Below the pieces are notes generated by a model, which saw nothing but the letters and a program-made list of their open reading frames with translations, had not been told where the DNA came from and made no database searches. Of a DNA stretch of 64,000 nt, positions 7,488 through 17,449 are shown one piece after another. The stretch comes from a virus (taxonomy: Duplodnaviria > Caudoviricetes), in the IMG/VR virus record IMGVR_UViG_3300005438_000006, positions 5,852 through 69,851 of that record. The stretch is one strand, 5' to 3'. The position numbers were made by a program, and so were the translations under genes. Position 1 is the stretch's first letter. Each line of letters opens with the position of its first letter.

Positions 7488-9410
7488 ATGCCAGCACGCC
7501 TGATCCAAGGGGACGAAGTCCTCCTCGTCAAGCTTGGCGGGACCAAAGAGGAGTTTGCTGCGCAGCTTGCCCGCGTCAAAGCGATGTCGGGCAAGCGCTA
7601 CAACCCGGAGCATCCCGAGCACGGGAAGGTCTGGGAAATCCCCGACGACGATCAGGCGCTGCTGAAACTCGTCCACACCGTTGAGCCGGAGTTGCCGCCG
7701 GGCCTCCTCGCGCGGGTGCGCGCGGCGCGTCAGGAGCAGGCGACCGAACTGGTCACGCAGATTCCCGACGACGCTGAGTTGCTGGTGCCGTGGGCGCCGT
7801 TGATGGCGCCGAAACAGCGCGCGGGCGTGGAGTTCATGCTGACCACGGCTCTGGGTAAGGCCATCCTCGCGGACGACATGGGCGGCGGCAAGACGCTCCA
7901 GTCCATCACCGTCATCTACGAGAAATGGCTACGCGAAAATGGCGAGACGCCCTTCACCGGCCGCATCCTTGACATCGCCCCGGCCGCTGTGCTCGACCAC
8001 TGGCGGCGCGAGCTATCGCGGTGGCTGCTTGGCGACGGCCTCAACGAGACCCACCTGATGCAACTCTCCGACGACAAGGCCGAGCGCGAACGGCTGCTGC
8101 CGGAGTGGAAGGCCAAACTGCACGCGTGGGGCACGATGATGGGCTTCGCGCCCGAGAAGGTCAACATCATCGAAGCTTCCGGCAAGGACGCCGCCAAAAA
8201 ACGTGCGGAGCAGGTCGCCGCCACGCCGGACGGTGGATGGTGCCTCGTGAACTGGGAGAAGCTACAGAAACGTGTGAAGCTGGCAGGCGAGTCGGCGAAG
8301 AAAAAAGGCCCGCTTGACAAAGTCAAATGGTACGGCGTCGTCGCCGACGAGGCGCACCGCGCTAAGAACCACGACAGCCAGCAGAGCAAAGCCCTTCAGC
8401 GCCTGCGCGCTCCTGTCCAGATCGCAGCTACCGGCACGCCGGTCATGAACAACCCCGGCGAGCTATACGCCTTGCTGGCTTGGCTGCGGCCGGAGCAGTA
8501 CACGTCCTACTGGGCCTTCTACTACTCCTACACCGAGTTCTACAAGGGGTATCAGGGCCGCGACGTTATCATCGGCGTCAAGAACGCGGACGGCTTGCGC
8601 TTCGAGCTTTCAGACAAGATGGTGCGGCGGACGAAGCGGGAAATCCACCCGGACATACCCACCCCACTGGAACCCATTGTCTACGAACCTCCGATGGGCA
8701 AAAAGCAGGCGCAAATCTACGCCGAAGCAGAAAAAGACTTCTGGCTGGAGATTGCGCAAGCGCCCGACATCACCCCGGAGGCCAAGCAGGAGATGGTGGA
8801 CCTGCTTGAAGTCGAGGGCCACCTGACTCCCGAGACGCTGAAAATGATGATCCCGAACGCGGCCGCGCGGACCATGCGTCTGCGCCAGGTCGCCACGTCT
8901 CCCGCCATTCTAGGCGGAGAGGACGTGTCGTCCAAGCTGGACGAAGCCGAACAGATCGTCATCTCCAACGGTCTCGACCAGCCCTTCGTCTGGTTTACGT
9001 GGTTCACTGACACCGTTGATCTGCTCTGCGAGCGCTTCATCAAGCTCGGCGTCGATGCTCGCGGCTTCTATGGTCAGGGCGGAGACGGCCCGCGCGCCAC
9101 GAAGCGGGAGGAACGCGCGGTGCTCGCCAACGAATTCCAAGAGGGCGAGTTCCCCATCATCGTCGCGACCATCAAAACCGGCGGCACGGGCATTGACCTC
9201 TTCCGGGCGGCCGACTGCGGCTTCATCGAGGAGGACTGGGTACCGGGCGAAAACCAACAGGCGTTTGACCGCGTGGACCGGAAGGGCCAGACGTTCCACC
9301 CACAGCGCCACATTCTTCGTGTACCTGATACGGTGGACGTAGGAAAGATTGCACCGAAACTGGCTACCAAGCAACTGATTGTCGAGACGATCACTGGAGG
9401 TATGGAATGA
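7488..9410 (+). CDS. SNF2-family (SF2) helicase
   Basis: ILADDMGGGKT, VVADEAH, ATGTPVMNN, GGTGIDL, QAFDRVDRKGQ. Confidence 0.9.
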   Translation: MPARLIQGDEVLLVKLGGTKEEFAAQLARVKAMSGKRYNPEHPEHGKVWEIPDDDQALLKLVHTVEPELPPGLLARVRAARQEQATELVTQIPDDAELLVPWAPLMAPKQRAGVEFMLTTALGKAILADDMGGGKTLQSITVIYEKWLRENGETPFTGRILDIAPAAVLDHWRRELSRWLLGDGLNETHLMQLSDDKAERERLLPEWKAKLHAWGTMMGFAPEKVNIIEASGKDAAKKRAEQVAATPDGGWCLVNWEKLQKRVKLAGESAKKKGPLDKVKWYGVVADEAHRAKNHDSQQSKALQRLRAPVQIAATGTPVMNNPGELYALLAWLRPEQYTSYWAFYYSYTEFYKGYQGRDVIIGVKNADGLRFELSDKMVRRTKREIHPDIPTPLEPIVYEPPMGKKQAQIYAEAEKDFWLEIAQAPDITPEAKQEMVDLLEVEGHLTPETLKMMIPNAAARTMRLRQVATSPAILGGEDVSSKLDEAEQIVISNGLDQPFVWFTWFTDTVDLLCERFIKLGVDARGFYGQGGDGPRATKREERAVLANEFQEGEFPIIVATIKTGGTGIDLFRAADCGFIEEDWVPGENQQAFDRVDRKGQTFHPQRHILRVPDTVDVGKIAPKLATKQLIVETITGGME

Positions 9411-9646
9411 ACACGAGTTCGTTTGATGTTGCCGTAGCGTTCATGCAGCTTTTCCTGCTCGCGCTGTGGGAGGCCCTGGGCGCGCTCTACTTCGGGTGGT
9501 CGCCGCTAGCGATCTTCTTCTGCTGGCTTGTGGGTATCTTCACGCTCAACATCGGCGTCGCGACTGTTCTGCGGACGTTCATCAAGCTGACCCGCCCGGC
9601 GGCGGTCGTCAACAACGTCGAAATCACGGAGGACGATCTTGGCTGA
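9407..9646 (+). CDS. membrane protein
   Basis: Two hydrophobic segments. Confidence 0.55.
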   Translation: MNTSSFDVAVAFMQLFLLALWEALGALYFGWSPLAIFFCWLVGIFTLNIGVATVLRTFIKLTRPAAVVNNVEITEDDLG

Positions 9647-10052
9647 GGAGCTTCTAGAGACGCTGGCCCGGCGGGTCATTGACCGGCGCGAAGAATACGA
9701 GACCGCGCGCAAGGCCAAAGTCAAAAAGGAAAAAGCCATGAAGGCCGCCGAAGCTGAGATGAATGACGTGATGGCGAAAGCCAAGATGCCGGGGACGACG
9801 CTCGATCTAGGCGCTGGATACGGCCGCGTACAATTCAACCGCGAACAGAAGGTCAACTCTTCTGTTTTCGATGAGGCTGCGGCGATTCGGTATTTCGAGG
9901 AAAACGGCATGAAAGTCGGCTACGTGGAGGGGAAGGTCCGCAAGAAACCGTTGAACGCGCTGGTTCGTGAAGCGCTGGAGAATGGTCAGGAGCTTCCGCC
10001 GGGCGTCGAGCCGCGCGTAACCAAATTCGTCAAAGTGACGAAACGCAAGTAG
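9639..10052 (+). CDS. conserved phage replication-module protein
   Basis: Basic coiled-coil N-terminus; lies between the helicase and the SSB-like gene. Confidence 0.65.
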   Translation: MAEELLETLARRVIDRREEYETARKAKVKKEKAMKAAEAEMNDVMAKAKMPGTTLDLGAGYGRVQFNREQKVNSSVFDEAAAIRYFEENGMKVGYVEGKVRKKPLNALVREALENGQELPPGVEPRVTKFVKVTKRK

Positions 10053-10055
10053 TAT

Positions 10056-10083
10056 TTGACATCCCTTCTACACTGGTTATGAA
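10056..10083 (+). promoter_or_regulatory. TTGAC-N7 promoter-like motif, copy 3
   Basis: TTGACA-tcccttc-TACACT-GGTTATGAA. Confidence 0.6.
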
Positions 10084-10121
10084 CAACGAACAGGAGGTAA
10101 AGTGACTGAGTCATCGACCGA

Positions 10122-10938
10122 GATAGAGCAGGCCCAGCCCGGAGGCGCCCTTGCGGTGTCCGCCGAGGCGGAGGCTGCTGCGGCGGCCCGCGTCAAGGGT
10201 CAGGTTGATCGCACCAAACTCCAGCTACCTGCCATCAAGGTCGTGAACGGCCTGAGCAAGGAGGCGTCCGAGGGCGTCAAGCAGGGAACGCTGGTCAACT
10301 CGCTGACCGGGGAGGAGTACGGGGAGTCCGTGACCCTCGTCATCAGCGACTTCTACTACGGGCGTTTCTATGCGCCCAAGGGTGGAGGCAAGGCGTACAC
10401 CGCCCGCGGTGATATTGCGCCACAGAACTGGCCGGAGGAGTATGCCGGGCAGCGCTTCGTTGAGCTTGACGACGCCGAGGAGCAGTGGAAGGCGGCCGTT
10501 GACAACGACGAGCACCCCTGGGGGTCGGGTCCGCCGATCCAGACGACGATTAACTTCGTCGTGACCCTCGCGGAGAATCCGGGCTACCCGCTGCGGCTCA
10601 GCATGAAGTCCAGCGACACGCCTACGGCAAACAAGATTCTCCAGATGATCGACATGTCGCCGACTCCGTGGGCGGTCCTGTACACGGTTAGCTCCGAAGG
10701 GCGCCCGACGCCTAACGGTTCTGGCACCTACTACGGCTTCAAAGCCGAGCAGGCTGGACCCGCCAACGACGATCAGCGGCAGGCCGCGGTGAAAATCGCG
10801 CTGGCGTTCCAGAACGCCGTCGATTCCGGGGGCGTGGTTGAGGAGGTCGGCGAGGACGACGCCGATGCCAAGAGCCAGGAGAAACAGGCCCGCCGCCAGA
10901 AAGCGGCCGAGAAAGCGGACGAGGGCCTGGGGGTCTGA
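10122..10938 (+). CDS. putative single-stranded DNA-binding protein
   Basis: LQLPAIKVVNGLS...GTLVNSLTGEEYG pattern, acidic tail, replication context; CAGGAGGT SD. Confidence 0.55.
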
Positions 10939-11059
10939 CCGCGCAGCAGTAGTAAAGTGGTGGAGCCTGTTCGGGAGCGGCTGAAACCCGAGTCGAGCAG
11001 GCGGGATGGCGGAGCGTCGGAGGGGACACCGCCACAACTTCAACTGAAATGGAGGGCTG

Positions 11060-11671
11060 ATGCCGAAAATCGTAAGCGTTGATGTCGAGACGACCGGGCT
11101 GATTCCGGGGTACCACGAAGTCTGGGAGGTCGGTCTGGTCCCGGTGGACTCCGGCCGCGAGCACATGTACTTCCAGTTCCAGCCAACCGACATAGAGGTC
11201 TCCGAATCGACGGCCCTCCAGGTCGGCGGTTTCTACTCGCGCTTCGATTGGATTGGCGATCCTCGCTTCGCTCGCGACATGCTCGTAGAGGGCGTCGTCA
11301 AGGACGAGGAGGAGCAGACCGAAAAGCCAAGCGGGCACAAAGCCGTCACCCCGGCGGCCGAGGCGTGTTGGCGGATGGCGAAGGAGTTGGAGGGCGCCAC
11401 CATCATGGGGCTGAACCCACACTTCGATGCTGCCTTCATGGAGGCGCTGTTCAACAAGTACGGTCACGCGAAAACCTGGAAGCACCGCTTCATCGACCTG
11501 GGGAGCTACGCGGCTGGGGCGTGGGGTGCGAAGAACGTCCTCTCCGGCAAGGCCATCGCTGATCGCATGGAGGCGCACGGCGTCGTCAACGACGACATCC
11601 ACAACGCCTACGCCGACGCGCGCTGGAACGTGGATGCTTACCAGGCCATCCTGGAGGGCATCGGTGCTTAG
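11060..11671 (+). CDS. DnaQ-like DEDDh 3'-5' exonuclease
   Basis: VDVETTG, NPHFDAAF, HNAYADA. Confidence 0.88.
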   Translation: MPKIVSVDVETTGLIPGYHEVWEVGLVPVDSGREHMYFQFQPTDIEVSESTALQVGGFYSRFDWIGDPRFARDMLVEGVVKDEEEQTEKPSGHKAVTPAAEACWRMAKELEGATIMGLNPHFDAAFMEALFNKYGHAKTWKHRFIDLGSYAAGAWGAKNVLSGKAIADRMEAHGVVNDDIHNAYADARWNVDAYQAILEGIGA

Positions 11672-12102
11672 CGCTGGCTTCAGCGACGAGTCCCTCCGGA
11701 TACTCCTGAGTTGCCAGGAGTACCCAGAGGGCGACTTTGCGCAGGAAATCGAACTGGAGCAGGCCATCCGCCGCGCGAGAAAGGCGAACGCATGAACATC
11801 GACTACAACAACATCACGGCAGGCGACCTCTGGTTCGCCCGGTTTGTGTGGCTCGTCCTCGGCATCATCATCGGCGTGGCGGTCGGCGGGTGAGGTCGAA
11901 TTTTGAAAAGCAGCTTCACGAGTCGAAGGCGTCGGCCGAAGCTCTGGTGCGCGCTGAGCACGGCGACGACGCCCTAGAAATCATCTGCTCCTTCTCCGAG
12001 CTTGACTGCTACGCAGACGTGAAGCTGGAGGGGGAATGGATTCGCTACGCGCTCATGCAGAACGGGGACGACGAGGAAAACGAACTGAGGAGGATTTCAT
12101 GA
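11664..12102 (+). CDS. three small coupled ORFs (11664-11795; 11792-11893, single TM; 11890-12102)
   Basis: Read by hand; GTG/ATGA overlaps. Confidence 0.45.
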
Positions 12103-12431
12103 AGGGCGCCGCAGGAATGGTGGATCGGGTGAAGTCGCCCGCAGCGCAGCTTGGCGAGACGGCCGACCGGCTGACGAAGTGTCTGGCTGAGGGCTTCTGC
12201 AAGCGCTGCGACCAGGCCGTGACGGCGTTCGCCGTCGAGTACCCGCTGGACCACCCCGAGCACTACGACGGCACCAGCGAGTTCCAATGCGGTCGCTGCG
12301 GGCGTCGCGAGGGTCGCTGGACCGGCCGCGTGCTGACCGGCGGCGCCACCGAGCCGCGCCACGGCCGCGAACGGGAGGAGACGATTCCCGAGGAGCAGTC
12401 TCGCTTCATGGTGGGGAGCCAGCCGCGGTGA
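12099..12431 (+). CDS. Zn-finger protein
   Basis: CKRC...CGRC. Confidence 0.55.
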   Translation: MKGAAGMVDRVKSPAAQLGETADRLTKCLAEGFCKRCDQAVTAFAVEYPLDHPEHYDGTSEFQCGRCGRREGRWTGRVLTGGATEPRHGREREETIPEEQSRFMVGSQPR

Positions 12432-13414
12432 GGGAGGCGTCCAGCGCAGAGCTTCTGCGGCGGCTATTCGACGGCCGCCGCGACATCTACGGCATCAACA
12501 AGGGCCGGGTCGAGCGCTGCCCGAACGGCGATTGGCCGTCTGCGTACTGGGACATGCTGTTTGAGGACCACGTCGCCGGGAAAGACGAGGCTGACCTGGG
12601 CGTGTACCTCGTCCGCGACGACGACACTGTGACCTTCGCGGCCATCGACATTGACGAGCCGAACTTCGCGCTCGCTCTGGAGGTCGCCGACACCATGCCG
12701 GACGCCGTGCCGTGGATCGAGCGCTCGCGGTCGGGCAACTACCACGTCTTCGTCTTCTTCGATGAACCGCTGGAGGCGTACTACGCTCGCGCCGTGCTGC
12801 GGGGCGTCATCGTCGCCTGCGGCCGCCCGGACCTGGAGATTTTCCCCAAGCAGGATGGCCTCCGCGATGGGATGGTCGGCAACTACATCTCGATCCCCTG
12901 GCACGGCGACAACCGGCCCATCGTCTCGTGGCTGCCGGACTCCAAGGAGGAAGACGGTAGCCCGCGCCCGATTGTCGAGGACGACCCCCGCGGCTGGATG
13001 CTGGAAGCGCTGAAGTCGCGCACGTCGGCCGACCTGTGGCGCCGCCGCGGCCGGGCACTCGGCGGCAAGCCTCGCAGTGAAGTCCGCTCGGGCGAGTTCG
13101 GTGAGCGCAACAGCCTCCACGTCTGCGCCAATTACATCTTCGAACACCGCGCCGACAACCCCGTGACGGAGGGGCACCGCGCGACTGTCCTCTTCAACCT
13201 GGCGAAAATGTACGCGAACTGCAAGCACTACAGCCAGGACGAGGCGGAGCAGTTCGTTGAAGCCGTCAACCAGGCGGGCACCAATCCGATCCCACAACGC
13301 GAAGTCAGGCGCTTCGTGAACAACGCCTACGAGGGCGGCTTCACCAGCACCGGCTGCGACGACCCACTCATGTCGCCCTATGTCTCCCCCGACTGCAAGA
13401 TCGCGAATGCCTGA
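12428..13414 (+). CDS. archaeo-eukaryotic-type primase (AEP) with C-terminal PriCT-like domain
   Basis: FAAIDIDEP, ERSRSGNYHVFVFF, IFPKQD, GNYISIPW; C-terminal GHRATVLFNLAK. Confidence 0.85.
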   Translation: MREASSAELLRRLFDGRRDIYGINKGRVERCPNGDWPSAYWDMLFEDHVAGKDEADLGVYLVRDDDTVTFAAIDIDEPNFALALEVADTMPDAVPWIERSRSGNYHVFVFFDEPLEAYYARAVLRGVIVACGRPDLEIFPKQDGLRDGMVGNYISIPWHGDNRPIVSWLPDSKEEDGSPRPIVEDDPRGWMLEALKSRTSADLWRRRGRALGGKPRSEVRSGEFGERNSLHVCANYIFEHRADNPVTEGHRATVLFNLAKMYANCKHYSQDEAEQFVEAVNQAGTNPIPQREVRRFVNNAYEGGFTSTGCDDPLMSPYVSPDCKIANA

Positions 13415-13796
13415 GCCAGGCTGGATTCCTAAACATACTCAGCCGCCGGGGAGCCGTGAATGTATGCGGCTGGCGGTGTCGTGCGCTACTGGGATTCACT
13501 GGCGGCGCCTGCGCTTCTTCGACCCGGCTGATATGGGAATCAACTGGTGGGCTGAATGGGATAAGTTGCTCCAGGAACGTGGGTTCCGCATCGACCGCAT
13601 GACGCGTGAGGATGCGGAAGCCACCGGCGAGTTTTGGCTGGCGACCGTGGATAGCTTCGTCTACCCCAAGCCCATCACGCACGTCGTCGTGATGAAAGGC
13701 AGCCGCCTGCACTATGATTCGGCGCAGATCAAGCGTCAGCGGGCGCCGAGGGTACTCCGCTCCAACCCGATGCTGATTAGGAAAATCGGTGGATAA
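13407..13796 (+). CDS. putative papain-fold (C39-like) peptidase/amidase
   Basis: Cys-His-Asp spacing: ECMRLAVSC...THVVVMKG...YDS. Confidence 0.45.
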   Translation: MPEPGWIPKHTQPPGSRECMRLAVSCATGIHWRRLRFFDPADMGINWWAEWDKLLQERGFRIDRMTREDAEATGEFWLATVDSFVYPKPITHVVVMKGSRLHYDSAQIKRQRAPRVLRSNPMLIRKIGG

Positions 13797-14934
13797 AGAC
13801 TTCGAGAAGCAAGCAGCGGATTACTTTGCGGGCCTGAACGTCGATGACCGCAAGGAGGCGTTCTCGCGCGTCAATGCGACCATCAAGCTGTCGGCGCCCG
13901 TGGAGGAGGTTGACCCGCCGCCGCCCGTCCACACGCTTGAGGAGTATTTCGCGATGGACCTGAAGGAGCCGCCGAGCCTCGTCTCGGACTGTCAGGTCGT
14001 ACGCGGCGAAATCACGGCGACCATCGCCCGCGCTGGCCGCGGCAAGACCACGCTCCTCACGAACCGCATGATGCGGTGGGCGGCCGGGCTGCCGCTGTTC
14101 GATGACCTTCCCGACGTGCAGGCGCCCGACGCGCCGCTCCGGCTGCTGCTGATCGAGAACGAGGGAAGCGGCTACTACATGCGCGAAAACATGGAAAAGC
14201 TATACGAGCACATCGCCATTGACGAGGAGAAAAAAGCGTTGGCGAAAGAAAACCTGATGGTGTGGGGTGACGGTGGGTACACTGGCTTGAAGGTGGACCG
14301 CGACGAGGACTTGGAAATCGTTGAACGCGGTCTTCGCGAAAACACCCCCGACATCTTGCTTCTGGAGCCGTTCCGTGGCATTTGGTCCGGCGACGAGAAT
14401 GACAACTCCGCGATGGAGGAAGTGCTTGACCGGCTTGTGGGGCTGGCGAACACGTATGAGTGTGGGATCATGCTGAGCCACCACTCCAACAAGGCGCCGC
14501 TCGAAGGCGACTGGATGGGCGCGAGCCGTGGCGCGACCGCGCTGGAGGGTAAAGTCGCCGCGATGGAGGTTTTCTACCCGGTACACAACGATGAGTACCG
14601 GGAGTTGAAGTGGGCCAAGAAGCGGTACGGCAAAAAGCACGCGCCCGCGCCGATTCGCATGGAGTACGACTTCGACACGCGGTCGCTCAAACGTATCCCT
14701 GACTCAGAGATTCAGCAGGAAGTCCTCAGCTTCCTCGCGGGCGACGACCCGCCGGTCTGGTGGACGAAGGCGCAGATCGCCGAGGAAGTTGAGGAGACCC
14801 AGGATCGCGTTGACAAGAAGGCACTGCGGCCGCTGCTTGAACAGGGCCGTATAGTGAAGAAGAACAAAGAAGGGAATACCAATTACCGTCTTAAAGTTGG
14901 CGACAATGACAAAGGAGAGGAGCTTGACTTCTAA
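13789..14934 (+). CDS. RepA/DnaB-like AAA (SF4) helicase
   Basis: ARAGRGKTT Walker A, LLIENEG, LLLEPF, LSHHSNK, RGATALEG. Confidence 0.85.
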   Translation: MDKDFEKQAADYFAGLNVDDRKEAFSRVNATIKLSAPVEEVDPPPPVHTLEEYFAMDLKEPPSLVSDCQVVRGEITATIARAGRGKTTLLTNRMMRWAAGLPLFDDLPDVQAPDAPLRLLLIENEGSGYYMRENMEKLYEHIAIDEEKKALAKENLMVWGDGGYTGLKVDRDEDLEIVERGLRENTPDILLLEPFRGIWSGDENDNSAMEEVLDRLVGLANTYECGIMLSHHSNKAPLEGDWMGASRGATALEGKVAAMEVFYPVHNDEYRELKWAKKRYGKKHAPAPIRMEYDFDTRSLKRIPDSEIQQEVLSFLAGDDPPVWWTKAQIAEEVEETQDRVDKKALRPLLEQGRIVKKNKEGNTNYRLKVGDNDKGEELDF

Positions 14935-15200
14935 TGGATGACGACCGTACGAAGGAACCGAAAAACCTGACTGACGACTTCAAGGCGGAGATTCAGAAAG
15001 CCACGGAGGAAGCGGCCGCGCAGATCGCGTTCTGGAAAGAGTTCTGGAAGGAGTGGATTCCGGGTGGGCTGCGGAAACGCAAGCGGTACCGGACTCCCGG
15101 CCACGGGAAGCGCAAAGGCATCCGGCGGCGCAAGAACAAGGCAGCGAAGATCGCGCGTCGCGCGAATCGGCGGGCCAAAAAGAAGGGGAGGCGCAAATGA
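14934..15200 (+). CDS. protein with highly basic C-terminus
   Basis: Arg/Lys-rich tail. Confidence 0.5.
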   Translation: MDDDRTKEPKNLTDDFKAEIQKATEEAAAQIAFWKEFWKEWIPGGLRKRKRYRTPGHGKRKGIRRRKNKAAKIARRANRRAKKKGRRK

Positions 15201-15937
15201 GTGCAGGAGACCAGGCAGCCGTCGCTCAGCGGCTAGCTGCTGAACGGCAGGTTGAAGAGGAGGAGATGCGCGAGCGCCCCGCTCACGGGGAGCGTCCCAC
15301 TGCCCCACGGAGCGATGCGCCGTCTCCGCACGAGGACGGCCGTGATCCTTGGAGCGAGGCTGTCGGCAACATCGAGACGGCGTCCGGGCTGCGCTATGAC
15401 TTCCAGAACCCCAAGCCGGAGACGATCCGCCTGGAGGACATCGCGCACGCTCTCTCAAACGTGTGCCGGTTTGCGGGTCACATTCGGCGGTTCAACTCCG
15501 TAGCCGAGCATTCAGTGTTGGTCAGCCGGATCGTGGAGGCGTATGCCGGGGAGGCGTTCCTGGATAGCGAGGAGAATCGTCACGGCATCATCCGCGCGGC
15601 GCTGCTGCACGATGCTCACGAGGCGTACATCTGGGATGCACCGTCGCCGGTCAAGCCGCTGCTGGGCGACACCTTCAAGCGGTTGGGACGCATCGCCGAC
15701 GAAGCCATTGCGTCCAAGTTCTTGAAGGAAGGCTACAGCGCCGACACCTTCAAACATGACCTCATCAAGAAAGCTGACCGCACCGCTCTCGTTGTGGAAG
15801 GCCGGGCACTATTGCCGGTCGGCCCCACCGACGACGAATGGGAGCCGCTGCCGCCGGGTGTGCAGTGGGACGGCGGCCTGTCGCCCTATGAGGCGAAAAC
15901 TCTATTCCTACAACGTGCAAAGGAGCTAGGACTGTGA
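15197..15937 (+). CDS. HD-domain 5'-deoxynucleotidase (YfbR-like)
   Basis: IRLEDIAHALSNVCRFAGH, SVAEHS, ALLHDAHEAY, KKADRTAL. Confidence 0.88.
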   Translation: MSAGDQAAVAQRLAAERQVEEEEMRERPAHGERPTAPRSDAPSPHEDGRDPWSEAVGNIETASGLRYDFQNPKPETIRLEDIAHALSNVCRFAGHIRRFNSVAEHSVLVSRIVEAYAGEAFLDSEENRHGIIRAALLHDAHEAYIWDAPSPVKPLLGDTFKRLGRIADEAIASKFLKEGYSADTFKHDLIKKADRTALVVEGRALLPVGPTDDEWEPLPPGVQWDGGLSPYEAKTLFLQRAKELGL

Positions 15938-16563
15938 AAATCATCGGACTAACGGGGAAAGCTGGCTCGGGGAAGGACACTGTCGCCCAGCTTGCCCTGG
16001 AGTGGTGTGAGGAGAACGACATCAACGCAGAGCGCGCGGCCTTCGCGGACCCACTGAAGCTCTCGGCCGCTCGCGCGCTGGGCGCGTCGAAGACGGTTAC
16101 GCAGGAGCAGGCGGTGCAGTTCTGTAATGAACTGAAGGAGAGCGGCCGCATCAAGGTCGAACTGCCGACTGAGCCGCTCGACCCCATCCGGGAGTATGAG
16201 ATTTCGGGCCGGGAGTACCTCCAGTGGTACGGCACGGAGGCGCATCGCGACGTGTTCGGCACCGAATTCTGGGTGAACGCCACGATGGAGCCGCTTGACA
16301 ATCGCTTCCGCGAACTGCGGGCGCCGGACGTGGTCTTCATCACGGACTGCCGGTTCCCCAACGAGGCGGCCGCGGTCAACGAGCGGTCGGGCGAAGTCTG
16401 GGAGGTTGTGCGGCCAGGTGTAGCCGCGGTTGCCGCGCACTCATCCGAGGCGGGCCTGCCGGAGGGCGCCATCGAGTTCCAGATCAACAATGACGGCGAC
16501 CTGGACGACTTGCGTTCACTGGTACGCTCGATATGCGAGAGCAATCTGAAGGGAGACGCGTGA
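15934..16563 (+). CDS. deoxynucleoside monophosphate kinase
   Basis: IIGLTGKAGSGKDTVA, FADPLK, REYLQWYGTE, ITDCRFPNE, HSSE. Confidence 0.9.
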   Translation: MKIIGLTGKAGSGKDTVAQLALEWCEENDINAERAAFADPLKLSAARALGASKTVTQEQAVQFCNELKESGRIKVELPTEPLDPIREYEISGREYLQWYGTEAHRDVFGTEFWVNATMEPLDNRFRELRAPDVVFITDCRFPNEAAAVNERSGEVWEVVRPGVAAVAAHSSEAGLPEGAIEFQINNDGDLDDLRSLVRSICESNLKGDA

Positions 16564-16775
16564 GCACCGCCACCATCTACACGGACCAGCACGCCCCAGA
16601 CGGGCGGACCATCCGCTTCAACGTGGACGAAGGAACCAGGGCAGCAGCCCAGCGGGTCCGGGATGCCTTTGAGGGCACCGCCATGTTGGAAATCCCCAAC
16701 GAGAACCCCGACGAGGAACCCATCTTCGTCAACCCAGAGCGCGTGGCGACCATCACGCCCGGAAAGGAGCTTTGA
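16560..16775 (+). CDS. hypothetical protein
   Basis: GTGA-coupled ORF. Confidence 0.55.
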   Translation: MSTATIYTDQHAPDGRTIRFNVDEGTRAAAQRVRDAFEGTAMLEIPNENPDEEPIFVNPERVATITPGKEL

Positions 16776-16777
16776 CC

Positions 16778-17449
16778 ATGAGCCAATTCAAAGCGTGGCC
16801 GAAGACGCCGCGTCTCAACCGCAACTGCATCGCGACGGAGAAGATTGACGGCACGAACACCGCCGTCATCATTCAGGAACTGGAGCACGAGGGCGACTAC
16901 GACGAGAGCACCGCGCTCGCCATCATCCAGGTGCCCGACGAGCGCTGGTTCGCGGTCTACGCCCAAAGCCGGAAGCGGCTGCTGACGGTCGGCAAGTCCA
17001 CCGACAATTTCGGCTTTGCTGCGTGGGTGAAGGAGCACGCTCTGGAGCTTGCGGCCGGGCTTGGCGAGGGCTACCACTACGGTGAGTGGTGGGGCGGGAA
17101 GATTCAGCGTGGTTACGGGCTAGAGGAGAAGCGTTTCTCCCTGTTCAACGCCGGGCGCTGGAAGGACAGCGAGGGCAACGGTCTGGGCACTGATCTGGTG
17201 CCGGAGTGCTGCTACGTGGTGCCCGTCATCGCTACCGGGACCAACATCAGCGCCGTCGCTGAGGGTGCGCTGGCGGAGTTGAAAGAGTGCGGATCGTTCG
17301 CGGCGCCGGGCTTCGACAACCCCGAGGGCATCGTCGTTTACCACACGGCCGCTCGTCAGACGTTCAAGGTGACGTGCGAGGATGACGAGTCGCCGAAGGG
17401 TATCTACAAAGGGATGCACTCCGCGCCTGAGCCGGAGGCCGTCGCGTGA
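16778..17449 (+). CDS. RNA ligase (Rnl2-type adenylation domain)
   Basis: ATEKIDGTN (motif I), QSRKR, YGEWWG, FSLFN, PEGIVV, TFK. Confidence 0.85.
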   Translation: MSQFKAWPKTPRLNRNCIATEKIDGTNTAVIIQELEHEGDYDESTALAIIQVPDERWFAVYAQSRKRLLTVGKSTDNFGFAAWVKEHALELAAGLGEGYHYGEWWGGKIQRGYGLEEKRFSLFNAGRWKDSEGNGLGTDLVPECCYVVPVIATGTNISAVAEGALAELKECGSFAAPGFDNPEGIVVYHTAARQTFKVTCEDDESPKGIYKGMHSAPEPEAVA

